From NCBI GenBank assembly GCA_964035545.1, contig OZ037767.1:25746628-25810627 (forward strand): 64,000 nt of DNA, in the 5' to 3' direction. This DNA comes from Bugula neritina (taxonomy: Eukaryota; Animalia; Bryozoa). A program made the translations under genes and the position numbers. Positions within the stretch are counted from its first letter, which is position 1, and every line of letters begins with the position of its first letter. The notes under the pieces were generated by a model, which worked only from the letters and a program-made list of their open reading frames with translations, had not been told where the DNA came from and ran no database searches. Positions 37,901 to 49,821 of the stretch are shown in pieces.

Positions 37901-40900
37901 GTAGCTACAAAATATAAAAAAATTATTTAGAATATGAAAAACAAAAACATGTTTTAAAAATGCATCTATCTAAACCACATAGCACAATTATGGTTTTAAA
38001 TAAATTGAAGGCTCATAACTTCCAAGAGTGAAAAATAGCAGTAGGAGTAATGCAAGTGCATCCCAATTACGATTCAATCCAATAAATAGAAAATGTACAA
38101 ATCAATAGCTACACAGTTTATTCCAATTGCATATTCTGCTGCTAAAAGCAGAGTTTTAACACTGCAACATAACCGTGAGAAACTGCATTAGAAAGTGTGA
38201 GTAGACAGGAAGTTAAGCAGGACAGTTAGAATACAACACTGCAAACATGTTTACAACAGTCAACAAGCTAAAAGACATATCTATCAACCTTTTGACAAAT
38301 TTTGTGACATGCAGCAGGTAACTGAAGCATGATAGCGGATTGTAATTTGTTTAGAGTGTTTGTGTTCTTGTGTATATCATGCAGTGTACTCTTTGAATAT
38401 GCTGTTTACTGACAACATTGACTTCAGCTGCTCTGTGAAAGTGCCTCAGTCTGCACACATGAACATGCCGCTGTATAGTTACTATTACGTGGTCCAAGAG
38501 ACATCTGTGTGCTGTTTCCTTCTGAAGTTGTTGTCGTACTGAGCACTGACTTTGGCATCTTTGGAGCAAATGTTGAAAGTGTTGTGGGTGATATCAAAGT
38601 TGTTGCTATTGGTAGTAAAGTTGCCGTAGAAGTTCTAATCTTCGTTGTACCAGAATTTAAGGCTGTCGTTGAAGTAGCAGTAACAGATGCCAAACTTGCT
38701 TTAACAGGTGTTGAAACATTAGTTTCACCCATTGAAGTCGGTTGTGAATGTTTTGGTGTTGTAGCAGGTGAAGAGTTTGTTGCATAAGATGTTAAAATTG
38801 AAGGAGCAAGTCTTGAGATGGAAATAGAAGATAATGTGGTAGTATTAGAAGGAGCAAGTCTTGAGATGAAAATAGAAGATAATGTGGTAGTATTAGAAGC
38901 TGAAGAGTTAGCTACAGATGATGATGTTGCTATTGTGGATAGTGACCCTGATATAAGTGTGGTAGGTGCAGAAGATAATGAAACATTTGTTACAAAAAGT
39001 TTAGAAACTGATGTTGCAGTGGCGGTAGGAATTTTAGGTTTAGACATTTCTTTATTGAGTGTTGTAGCAGGTGACGTAGCTGATGAAGTTAGTACTGATG
39101 TTGTAACAGGTGATGGAGTTAGTACTGGTGCTGTAACAGGTGATGGAGTTAGTACTGGTGCTGTAACAGGTGATGGAGTTATTACTGTTGTTGTAACAGG
39201 TGATAGAGTTAGTACTGATGTTGGAACAGGTGATGGAGTTGGTACTGGTGTTGGAACAGGTGATGGAGTTAGTACTGATGTTGGAACAGGTGATGGAGTT
39301 GGTACTGATGTTGTAACAGGTGATGGAGTTAGTACTGGTGTTGGAACAGGTGAAGTTAGTACTGGTGTTGTAACAGGTGATGGAGTTAGTACTGGAACAG
39401 GTGATGGAGTTAGTACTGGTGTTGTAACAGGTGATGGAGTTAGTACTGGTGTTGTAACAGGTGATGAAGTCAGTACTGATGTTGGAACAGGTGATGGAGT
39501 TGGTACTGGTGTTGGAACAGGTGATGGAGTTAGTACTGATGTTGGAACAGGTGATGGAGTTGGTACTGGTGTTGTAACAGGTGATGAAGTTATTACTGTT
39601 GTTGTAACAGGTGATGGAGTTAGTACTGTTGTTGTAACAGGTGATGGAGTTAGTACTGATGTTGTAATAGGTGATGGAGTTAGTACTGATGTTGGAACAG
39701 GTGATGGAGTTATTACTGGTGTTGGAACAGGTGATGGAGTTAGTACTGGTGTTGGAACAGGTGATGAAGTTATTACTGTTGTAACAGGCGTAGAGGCTGA
39801 TGTAGCGAGTGTTGAAGACATTGCTGTAGCTAATGTAGTCAATTCAGAACTCTCTTTAACAAATATTGACACTGTTGTGGTCGACATGAATTTGTCTACA
39901 CCAGATTTTGAAATTGCTGTACTAAAGGTAGGTATCCCAACAGATTTTGGAGATGTAGAGCTTGATGTGGTGAATTTCAAAATATCTTTGATAAGTACTG
40001 GAGTTGTTCCATCAAAAGATGATATATTTGTATTAGGGATTGAAGTTGTTGTAATGGGTGCAGAAGATGATGGTGCAAGTGTTGAAGTTGGAAATGAAGA
40101 GCGTGTTGCAACTTTTGAAATTTCTGTCATAGGTGTTGAATTTGTTGCAGCAGACGTTGAATTTGAATAAAAACTTGAAATTGTAGTGTTAAGTGTTGAA
40201 GTGAGGATTGATGATTCAGTTTTTGGTGTAGGTTCAGAACTTGTTGTAATAGAGGTTAAATTTGTTTTTGGTGTAGTCAGTGTAGTTGCGGTTGTAGACA
40301 TTGACAGATTAGGCATAGCAAATGTTGAGACTGATGGCAACTGAAATAAAGAAGCAGTAGATGATAAATGTGTTGTAGGGAGAATTGAAGGTGGTGTAGG
40401 TGATGAACTGGTTGTAGCAGTTGCTGAATGATTGGTAGTAATTGCTACAGTTGATGGTAAATGTGTTATGTTTGCAGTAGTTAGTAAAGAATTTGTAATA
40501 AGTTCTAAAATTGTGGTGAGCCTTGAACGAATTCTGATAGGTGTTGAAGATTTAGTCATTAGTGTTGACACTGGCATCAATCTTTTTGAAGTTGAAATAA
40601 TTGTTTCTGTGTTGGTGGTAAGCATTGTGAAGTTCTCTGTAGTTGGGGTTGCAGTTGATGGTTGTGGAGTGAACGTCATGGATAAAGGAGGCATTTTTGT
40701 TCCTGTACTTGCCATAGAAGAACTTGATAGAGGGCTAGCATAACTAACATTTGAATGTGTCAATGTTAGTTTAAATTTTTTTGTTAATTTTCTTAGCGTA
40801 GAAGTTGTAACAGTTGGGAGATAATGTTTGGTGGCAACAATTTTTTCTGTAACAGTTGTATTCATTACTAAAGAAGTATTATTGGCGGTCGTTGTAAAGT

Positions 40901-43900
40901 TATTGACTGTAGGAATGTGTGAGACATTTGTTAATGGATCAGTGATTACAAAAGCACTTTTTGGTGTAGATATAATAGTTTTAGTTGCTGACATGAATGA
41001 AGAAAATGGAGATTTTTCAGTGACAATAGTCTCAGCATCTGGGTTAATAGTTTTTACTTTTGTTGAAGAGGTAATTGCTGGTATTTCAGAAGTCATAGAA
41101 AAAAAAATCCTCCCCTGTGTTGGTGTATGTGTAGTACCACCAAACATATTTTGAGTGTTGTTTGAACTTCTTGTACAATTTTTAATTAAGTAGTATGAAC
41201 TGACAGTACTAGCAGTTTTTGTACTGTTAGTCACATACTCTGTATTATAAATTGCATCTAGTCTACCTGTAGTTACATTTTTGTATTTGTCAGTAGTTTC
41301 TTTAATAGTAGTTGAATTGATAGCGATGGCAAAACTTTGTTTTGTACTTCCAGCTTCTTGAAAAGTATATGTGGATTTACCGGTAGTTGACTCAACATTA
41401 GCAAGTTCATTTCCATGTTTTTTAGTTATTGTTGGTTTTGTTATTTTGATATTTGATGTATGCATTTGCTTAGTTTTCAAGAGTAAATTTGTTGCTGTAG
41501 ACGTTGGTCGCAATGTGACTGAGCTCAGGGTTCTGGCCAGGAGACTTGCTGATGTCGATGTAATGAAAGGTGCTAGCACAGCTGTTAAAATGGAAAATTA
41601 TGTTCTGTACTCTATCATTTGTGCACAGTAAATAATAAAACTAATGAACTCAATTCTGTTAAGATATTAACACTATTAGGCAAATAAAAACCTTAAGTTA
41701 AAACATAGAGATGTTAGGAAAGTGTGCACAACAGAGGGAAGCAAAACTCACTCGTGGAAACTGTTGTGGTTGTTGGGATTTTTGTGGTTGTTTTTGGGGT
41801 AGTTGTTGTTTTTGGGGCTGTTGTTGTTGGGACTGTTGTAGTCTTTGTTGAAACTGTTGTGGTAGTAGTTGGAACGGTTGTGGTCATTGTTGAAACTGTT
41901 GTAGTGGTACTTGGAACTGCTGTGGTTGTAACTACAGTGGTTGTTGGTGCTGTAGTTGTTGCTAAATTTAACAAATATTACTCATATACACAACTAGGTT
42001 AATTTTTGTAACAAGAAGAAGCTAAAGGAAGATTAGAACTCCACAAACACAGAATCACACGTGCTATTAGATGCACTACACATCACTTTCATGAAACTAT
42101 TCTCCTATAATACCAACCAAAACCAGCAATTGGTAAATTGTTGGCAACAATATGCATAACTCACTGGTAGGAGTGGTTGTGGTAGTGGTTGTAGTTGTGG
42201 TAGAAGTGGTTGTAGTTGTGGTTGGAGTTGTTGTAGTTGTGGTTGGTGTTGTTGTTGTGGTTGGGGGTCTTGTTGTAGCTATAGTTGAACAGAAATTAGA
42301 CAAACAAGACCTTAGCACACTCTCTAGTTCACAAAGGGGGGGGGGGTTACCACAGGAAAGGGTTTACAGAGGAATACACAGGATGTCTGGAACCCCGACT
42401 ATCACAAATATATCCAACACTGACGAACTAGCAATATTAGCGACATGCAGTGAAGCTCGAACTGACTGATAATGAATGATACTTTTCGAAAATCATAGAA
42501 GTCTCCTCGTGCTATGAGCAAAAGTTGATGAAAATTCTCTAAATTCTCATCCTTTTAAGAGATTATTACAATAATGTGCAATAAAATAGTATTAATAGCT
42601 GTTGCACCACAAAACATAATCAGGAAGCTCATCGAATTCAATGGCTGATTTTTCAAGAATTGATCACCTATCAAAAACTATTGAAACCAATATGAGTAAA
42701 ATGATATATAAACAAACACATCTATATAATAAGCTAACTGAATGAAAGAGCAAATATTTCGGCTATATGAATAAGACTTACTTGGTTTTATAGTAGTTGT
42801 GGTTGGGTCAGGTGGACACCCGCAATCTTCAATGTAAATATCATCAAGTCCATAATCACCGAAAGCTGTAAGTCCGACTTCACCAATAAAGAAAAGCTAA
42901 AATACAAAAATACAAAGTTGCTTTCATCAGTCGGCCTGTTATGATAGAGAGCTTAAAGTTAGAACACAGACTATTGTAAACCCTAATATACCTATGCTTG
43001 TACTAACATAGCTATGCTTATACTAACATGCATATGCTTATACTAACATACCTATGCTTACACTAACATGGATATGCTTTAGCCAACCTGACTTAATTCA
43101 GCCTACCATTTATAAGCATATGCTTACTCTAGTTGGATGAGTGGTGACGAAATCACGGCGTATGTGAATCCATTCATTTTTACTTGTAGGTTTTACTTCC
43201 CATAAAGGGGTGTCATACCCCTCCTGTAGCACCATTAAATGCGGTAGAGAATCCCCGTAAGCGTGATACCAGAAATCGAGATAGTAACAGCCGCATGGTG
43301 GGTAGAAATATCCAGAGGAAATTACACTTCTCCAACCAGCCTAAAATAACAATACAGAAAACTTTACTTAGAGAATTAAACAGACATTGGCAAAATAACT
43401 TTGTCCATCAAAGTTTTGACTTTTTATAATCCCTTAAAGTTTTATGCAGTTACAGTAATTACATAAAATTCTAAAACATAGTCCGTAATGTCTAATAAAT
43501 ACAGCTTAATAGAATTGGACAAACAATTTCATGAAAAATAGTTATGATGAAATTTCAGGTGTGGCTTACAATAAATATATCATTTACATTTGCATGCCAA
43601 GACTTTAGAAAGAACTGAAAAACAGTTTGTTTTGATAAATAAGACTGTTCACAGTCCAGCAGCGATTAATTTGATAGCTGACTTATTCATTCTTAAGAAC
43701 AATAGACTGAATAGAAATCAATATCAGTTTCTGTGAGCGTACAGAGTGTACACCCATAAACGCTTACTCAGCATGGCACCACAGTGCTGACTGTTACAAG
43801 CACTTGGTGGTACTAGCAATGCTGATCACATGCCTATTTCCCTTTGGACATAACATTAGAACTCAACTCTCAGCATGTAACCTTACCTGACATATATAAT

Positions 43901-46900
43901 AATACTACCAAAAAATAACAATTTACCAAAAGAATTTTGTAACTGAAAAGTGCTGTAGGTGATATTCATACGACAGTTCCCTCCACCATCCAATACAAAC
44001 TCAAATAGCAGAAACTGAAAGCTAAAAGTATTTTTTCAAAAGGATAAGCTATACAGAGAGATAGAACTTTAGTTCAACATGAGCAAAAGCTCAATAGCAA
44101 AAAATTTACCTGAAAGTAATTTTTATCTGTTCTAACATGCTGTATATATGCCTATAAACACGATAACTTTCAAAACTTTTGAATTACAACAGATTCAATT
44201 TGGCAGTGGCTTATATCTCCGGTTGCTGTTAACTTAGATGAAGGTTGGTCATGTGACTGCATACTAAATTATACACATATTGCACTCTTCTATCTTAGCT
44301 GTTTCTAGATTGGTGACTAGACTTTATTGCTACATAGTACATAGCATAGACAATGACTAATTATAAAATCATGAAGCATCTTATTGTATGGTGTACAACT
44401 AATGATACAGACACGCTGTGCTTTGTTTATATGTTGCTAGGAAACAACCAGATTCCCTGTAATCCTATTTATTTGCATTGAAAGTATATTATTGATTCAG
44501 TGAATGCATTTCATACCGGTTTGACATCTTCTACTATCATATATGAGTATAGATGCACTGAGAGCAGTTACTAACAAAGAGAACATAATCTCATCCAAAA
44601 TGCAACACATTAAAATCGAAACTCAAGTAGTCTGCACGACTTTGGTATAACCTCTGCCTACCCACTAAAGCCCAAGAGCACGTTATATCAGTCACAGGTG
44701 TGAGTAGATAGCAATGGGTGCCTTTCAATTAGCAATCTACACTATTTCACTAAGGTGCAGCTAAGGGCAGTTAGCAGGCGTTATAATGTTCAAAAACAGA
44801 GACTCAATTTCGAGGCACATCAAATCTTTCACTCAAACCAAACCATCTAAGATAATATTATATAGCAGGTATATTAAGTTCTAAGTTTAGTTGAACTGAA
44901 TGTTTTCACTCATTTGAGCTACAATATTATTGAAAATTTGGTTATTGCTTCACCACTGCAAAACTTACACTGTCTACTGTGTATTAAAGCAAATGCTCTT
45001 GTTATTTGCAACTGTCATGCAGTGCGCAGCCATCACAACAAACACCACCACCACCACCGCCGCCGCCACCACCACCACCACCACCACCACCACCACCACC
45101 ACCACCACCACCACCAACACCACCACCACCACCACCGCCGCCGCCACCACTACTGTGACAATAGCATTACATGATTAAATGATTCACACACGCCCCTTCT
45201 TACCGCTGGACTTTTGTTATTAAATGTCTATAGAAATACACAAATCATATGATAGAGAGAGAGTGGGCATGCATGAAGTAGTGAGGGTGATAGCTCCCCC
45301 CCCCCGCACTGAGATAGACAGAGTGTGTGCATTATAGTAGGTGTTCTGAGAAGAGCTGAGACAGATACAATGCATAGCAACGCAATAACTCACCACATTT
45401 GTTGGCTAAAATCATACATTCAGTTAATTTAAAGTTAATATCATTGTTATCTGACATAATGCTAAAACTTTCTTCAATAACAGATTTTATTGACTGAGGG
45501 ATAAGTATAAGTAAGATGTAGTATCAATGCCTGCAAAAACAACAAACACAGTAGAATATAAAGTGACAGCAGTAATAAACTTTTTAATTTATTTGCTAGT
45601 TTACATAACAGAGTGGGTCCATAAGTAATGCACAGCTTAATGCAATTTAGCCTATCAGTATATACTATGGTCAGCAGACAGACTAGTTATATTTAAGTTT
45701 AATTTGGTTAGGTAATATAGAAGCGGAATGGTAGAACTAAGCGGCTTACGTTCGTATTTGAAGCTTCTGTGTAGATGTAGTAGCCAGAGCCGGTGGTGTG
45801 GTCCTGAGAGGGCCCGGTGTTAGAGCTGGGAGTTGAGCCGGTGTTTAATATCCAATCCAGTTGTGAAAAGTAGACGGGTGTGATGAAGTCGCAGATGGTG
45901 TTTTGCTACAATGAGGAGCATAAACTTGTACAACATCCAATACACTTCATAATACACTTTATATTATACTATATAATATACTTTATATTATACTTTATAA
46001 TAGACTATATAATAGACTTTATAATATCCCTTGTAACACACCGTAATATATCTTGTAATACACTTTATAATATAAGATAATATATTATATAATATAATTT
46101 ATAATACACTCTATAATACGTTTGTTGACATGTATACCCTGATAACACCAGAATACAGTTAGTTTATAACTTACATCAAAGTTGCATGAATTGGGAAGAC
46201 CAAAGGCAGTATGTGATACAGGGGCAGGTGCGTTACCCTTCCTCACTAAAATGATCTCATCTAAGGCTATGTCTCCCTGAGCACCAACTCCGACAATGCC
46301 TTCAAACACCACCTGCGGGTTTATAAGTAAAAGTTAAATTGAAGCATTATTTGCAGGGACTTCGTTCAAGAATAAACTGTTAAAGTTCACAAAGCTAAAA
46401 AGAACAAACAACATATAAACTGTGTTTCCAAGTGTCCATTATAAGTTTAATTACATATTTCAAACACCAGGATTTAATCAAAAAATTGTGGGAAAGCATT
46501 CAATGACGAGTCAGCACGTAATAGCATGAGATTCTAACTTGATGCTTACTCTAAAGTTGGAGTTGTCTGCCACATCAATCTCTACTTTCTCCCACTGAGA
46601 GGTGGAGGTGTTGGTTTTGGATGAGAAAAACCAAACTAGCCTGTGGTAGTCCGAATCTTCTGCCTTTACAAACACATTCAACACCCCCAGATGGCTACCC
46701 TTAGCGTGATAATAGAATTCTAGGCTAAATGTGCCAGCCTGGAGCAGTGGAGTAGAGAGTCTTGCGTTGTCATTGACAACCTAGTAAAAACAACAATCAT
46801 TAAATCATATCTTATAACATTCACAATGGGTTCACTATATTTCATAGGAAGTGTAACATTATTATGGGAACTACGAATATGTGTACGTTTATTTTACAAA

Positions 46901-48704
46901 TACACATATGTAACTACAGCTACTACAGAATATTATTACTGCACAAACTTGTGTAGCTAGATGTTTCGTACACAAGTATGTACGCAGTGTATGTAGAAAC
47001 AGTGATAGATTAGACTTTAGAGTCATTAGAACATATGAACTTACCGAGGGAACGGAAGCCTCGATGTACACATAATATCCTTGTATGAATCCGGGCACAG
47101 CATCATCATTAGGTCCTGTGAACTTAGAAAGAGTGCTGCCTGAATTCAGTGTCCAATTAAGAACATCCGCTGTTTCCTGTACCATGTTACACAAGTTGTT
47201 CTGGCCAAATTGACAGACAAAATAGTCCAACCCTACAATAAGAAGAAACCATTTTATAAAGATATACATGGACACATGGGATACACAGTATATGCTGAAT
47301 ATAACTATGTGCTAGTCTATTGTATAATATACTGTTTACTCTGCCTAGTAGCCTACAGAAAGGATGTATGTATATGATATTCAATCAACACCACTCAAGC
47401 GACTTTACTAAGTTTTGTTGCCCTCCTTCTGGTTGAATTCACAGGAAAACAAATGGCTTATGCAGAATCATGACTCACCTTGCCCATTGCAGGTACCTGA
47501 CATCAGAGCCAGTAACACACACAAACCTGCCAATAGAAAGAGATTTTACAGCAACATATTTTATGGTGGCTGAAACACATTGGAGAGATAGGTTATTAAC
47601 TGGTTCTAGCTGGCACATGGCATGCATGTTATGTAGCACTGTACTGAAATTAGTTAAAGCAGTAGCACTTATATCATATATATATGAAAGCAATTGATAT
47701 GAAACTGCAAAACCTATTATTTACAAATACCTCATTTTATTAGTCAAAATCAATACTGCATTTCATAGGCCATTATATTGAATATTATGAAGTTTAAATT
47801 CCAGCTGCCAAAACAAACATTGCCCACACAAAATACCTTCTATTGACTGCAGCTAGCTGCCAGTTATACAAGTATTAGGTTAGACACTAAGGCACCGATA
47901 TAGGCTATAAAATTTATGATTTATTTAAATTACTTCAATATAGAACTTCTAAGAACCATAGAAAACTGCTCAAACAACTGCAGCCTTACCCTTTTTATGC
48001 TTTACATCTTATGAATTTTACAAACTAGGATATAAGTAGATATAAACATAACTCTGTCCCAAAATCAATTTAGCAGCTATGTATTAAACAAAACATGGAA
48101 GCGGCCATGGTGTAGTGATTAGAGTGCTGGCCTAGATTATATCAAACAAAACATGGGCCGGTACAGGCACCTAGAAGAGTTACTATTTATCAAGAAGTAC
48201 CCAAGAAAACACACTCCTTAAAAATTTAATGAATGACAAAGATGGTAACCCCCCTTCGCAAAACTACAATTTTTTGTAAAAACATATTTTCAAACATAAT
48301 ATTTTGATGCCAAAAGCATGTCAGCAAATCTCGGACTCACACAACTGACTTAACAATTTGACCTTTTTCCTTTCAACCTAAAACCTTCATTTATAAAACA
48401 CTCTTCTTTTAAGAAAAGTTTACAGCAGAAAAATACCAGTAATCTAACAGCAGTGTAACATGGATAGATACATTACAAGTTATTGTGTATAGTCATAGTG
48501 GGTAGGCTTGAAAAAAATTAAATTGATTGTAGTATATGAAGAACTTTGGTAAGAAAAGTAGATTTGAAAATTAAGAGCTGACAAGCCTAAAATTCATTCT
48601 ACAAATTGTGCAAAAATTGAATGCGAGTCAATGACATACAATATAATCATAACAAAGTAGTAACTTTATAAGAACTCACCCAGCGACATCGCAGTTGATG
48701 CCAT
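25926..48704 (-). CDS. Large type-I membrane glycoprotein: SP-MAM-MAM-(Thr-rich/mucin)-MAM-CUB-MAM-CUB-MAM-CUB-MAM-CUB-TM-cytoplasmic tail; about 1933 aa without the mucin exon
   Basis: Exons (-): 48704-48680, 47526-47479, 47232-47045, 46780-46550, 46312-46175, 45905-45750, 43340-43128, 42896-42782, 42278-42165, 41961-41752, [mucin exon from 41581], 37904-37881, 37715-37546, 37264-37037, 36908-36776, 36423-36245, 36135-35928, 35261-35080, 34894-34661, 34443-34332, 33958-33741, 33539-33317, 33045-32873, 32572-32348, 31928-31799, 31540-31359, 31020-30816, 30669-30482, 30047-29921, 29707-29492, 29216-29038, 28478-28253, 28080-27922, 27132-27019, 26527-26414, 26140-25926 (5802 nt excluding mucin). 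Signal peptide MASTAMSLGLCVLLALMSGTCNG. MAM motifs TPSSNTGPSQDHTTGSGYYIYTEAS and GDIALDEI. CUB motifs GTITSPNYPSFYP and VLFTTDAQTTSSGF. TM WLPILFACLLAVALIIVIIVCLCI (about 28063-27992). Confidence 0.88.
29769..29897. repeat. About 23-bp AT-rich tandem repeat (TGGTTTAATATAATAGTATAAAC-like) inside intron 29708-29920
   Basis: About 5 degenerate copies are visible. Confidence 0.8.
30722..30806. repeat. (AGT/AGC/AAT)n trinucleotide microsatellite in an intron
   Basis: tagtagcagtagtagtagtagtaatagc... Confidence 0.85.
38424..41581 (-). CDS. Giant Thr/Ser/Pro-rich mucin exon of the MAM/CUB gene; probable alternative terminal exon
   Basis: Acceptor ttttaacag| at 41582 is in phase 1 with the preceding exon. 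The frame is open for 1051 codons to TGA at 38424-38426. Minus-strand AATAAA at 38117-38122. Confidence 0.8.
39093..39787 (-). repeat. Coding 30-bp minisatellite (VNTR) encoding TPSPV(P/T)T(S/P/T)V(L/P/I), about 23 copies
   Basis: Unit on + strand GTTGTAACAGGTGATGGAGTTAGTACTGGT, with a few frame-preserving deletions. Confidence 0.93.
42991..43080. repeat. 20-bp intronic tandem repeat CCTATGCTTATACTAACATA, about 4.5 copies
   Basis: Directly visible. Confidence 0.8.
45043..45150. repeat. (CAC)n microsatellite with CGC interruptions, in the long intron of the MAM/CUB gene
   Basis: Directly visible. It generates spurious poly-His and poly-Thr ORFs. Confidence 0.93.
48086..48156 (+). mobile_element. 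Short tRNA-derived SINE-like 5' fragment flanked by a 13-bp direct repeat
   Basis: AAACAAAACATGG at 48086-48098 and 48144-48156 brackets GCGGCCATGGTGTAGTGATTAGAGTGCTGGCCT, which resembles a tRNA 5' half with an A box. Confidence 0.4.
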
Positions 48705-49821
48705 GTTGAAATTTGCAGCTGCCTGTGGCCAGACACACAGAATGAGTATTGATAAAACGCTCTCTACAGTGCCACCTGGTTCAGTATAAACTACAGTACT
48801 ACTAGATGTAAGGAAGTGTGAATTTCCAAGTTATTATTGATTACATGTCTCTATAGCAACAGTGAAAGTGTTCCACTTGTTGAAATAGTGACAGTAATAA
48901 GCCTTTTGTAATGCAATTTCATTGTTTATACACTACTTATATAACAATAGAAGTATTCACTATCGACATGCAACGGGCCTGTTGAAAGTACAGACAACTC
49001 CAATAATTACTATACTACAGAGTTGATAACCAATTAAATAATAAAAAAAAATTCACTATGCAGTTGAACTTTAGCATTCCACTGTAGTAAATTGTTAACA
49101 TAATATTAAAATAACTAATAATCACTTCATACAGGCATCTATTCAATTTGGCTTATTCTTAATCACAATAAAGAGCAATATTGAGGCTACTAATCAGTAA
49201 TTAGACTATTTATATCTTTACTGAGCACACCCAACAAGCATAGTTAAAACTGATTACCTCTTGCAAAATCCTACTGCAAAGTTTCACTCAGTGCCTAGCA
49301 GAGCTAGTTACAAGTCCCACAGACTCTGAAGACTTGAACTTCCATGACTTGAACACACTTGCTTGGCTTGCCTAACTAATCAACTGGATTAACAACTTAC
49401 ATGGCTCAACTGGCAACCAAACCCAGCTCTAGTACAAAACACATAGAATCCTTTCTTACCAATACTTTTATAAAATAATCAGCCTAAAGCATAGCAAATT
49501 TTATTGTCAACAGATGAATTTAGTTTAGAAATTTAACAAAAGGTAATATTATAGAAACTGCAGTCCTGACATAGAATATTAGATATATCATGGAGTCAAT
49601 ATGTTGCAAAGCTTGGAAATATAATCAAGAATAACATGCAGTAAAACATAACTTTCAGATGCGACTGGACGTGCAATAAAGCTTTAATAAAATTAATAAC
49701 GGGCCACAACTCCCGATCTTAAAGTTGAAAACAGACATTGTATACAACCACATTCCTAAGAATGAGGCACTAGTGGACAGTGAGAGCCAGTGGGTAGGGA
49801 TACAAAACAGAAGGTAAAGAG

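Noticed and set aside
38509-42469. Long + strand ORFs, including the 450-aa TGDGV-repeat ORF at 38818-40170 and Val-rich ORFs
   Set aside because: They are antisense shadows of the Thr/Ser/Pro codons and 30-bp VNTR of the minus-strand mucin exons.
44914-45178. Poly-His and poly-Thr ORFs
   Set aside because: They are translations of an intronic (CAC)n microsatellite on the strand opposite the host gene, with no splice support.
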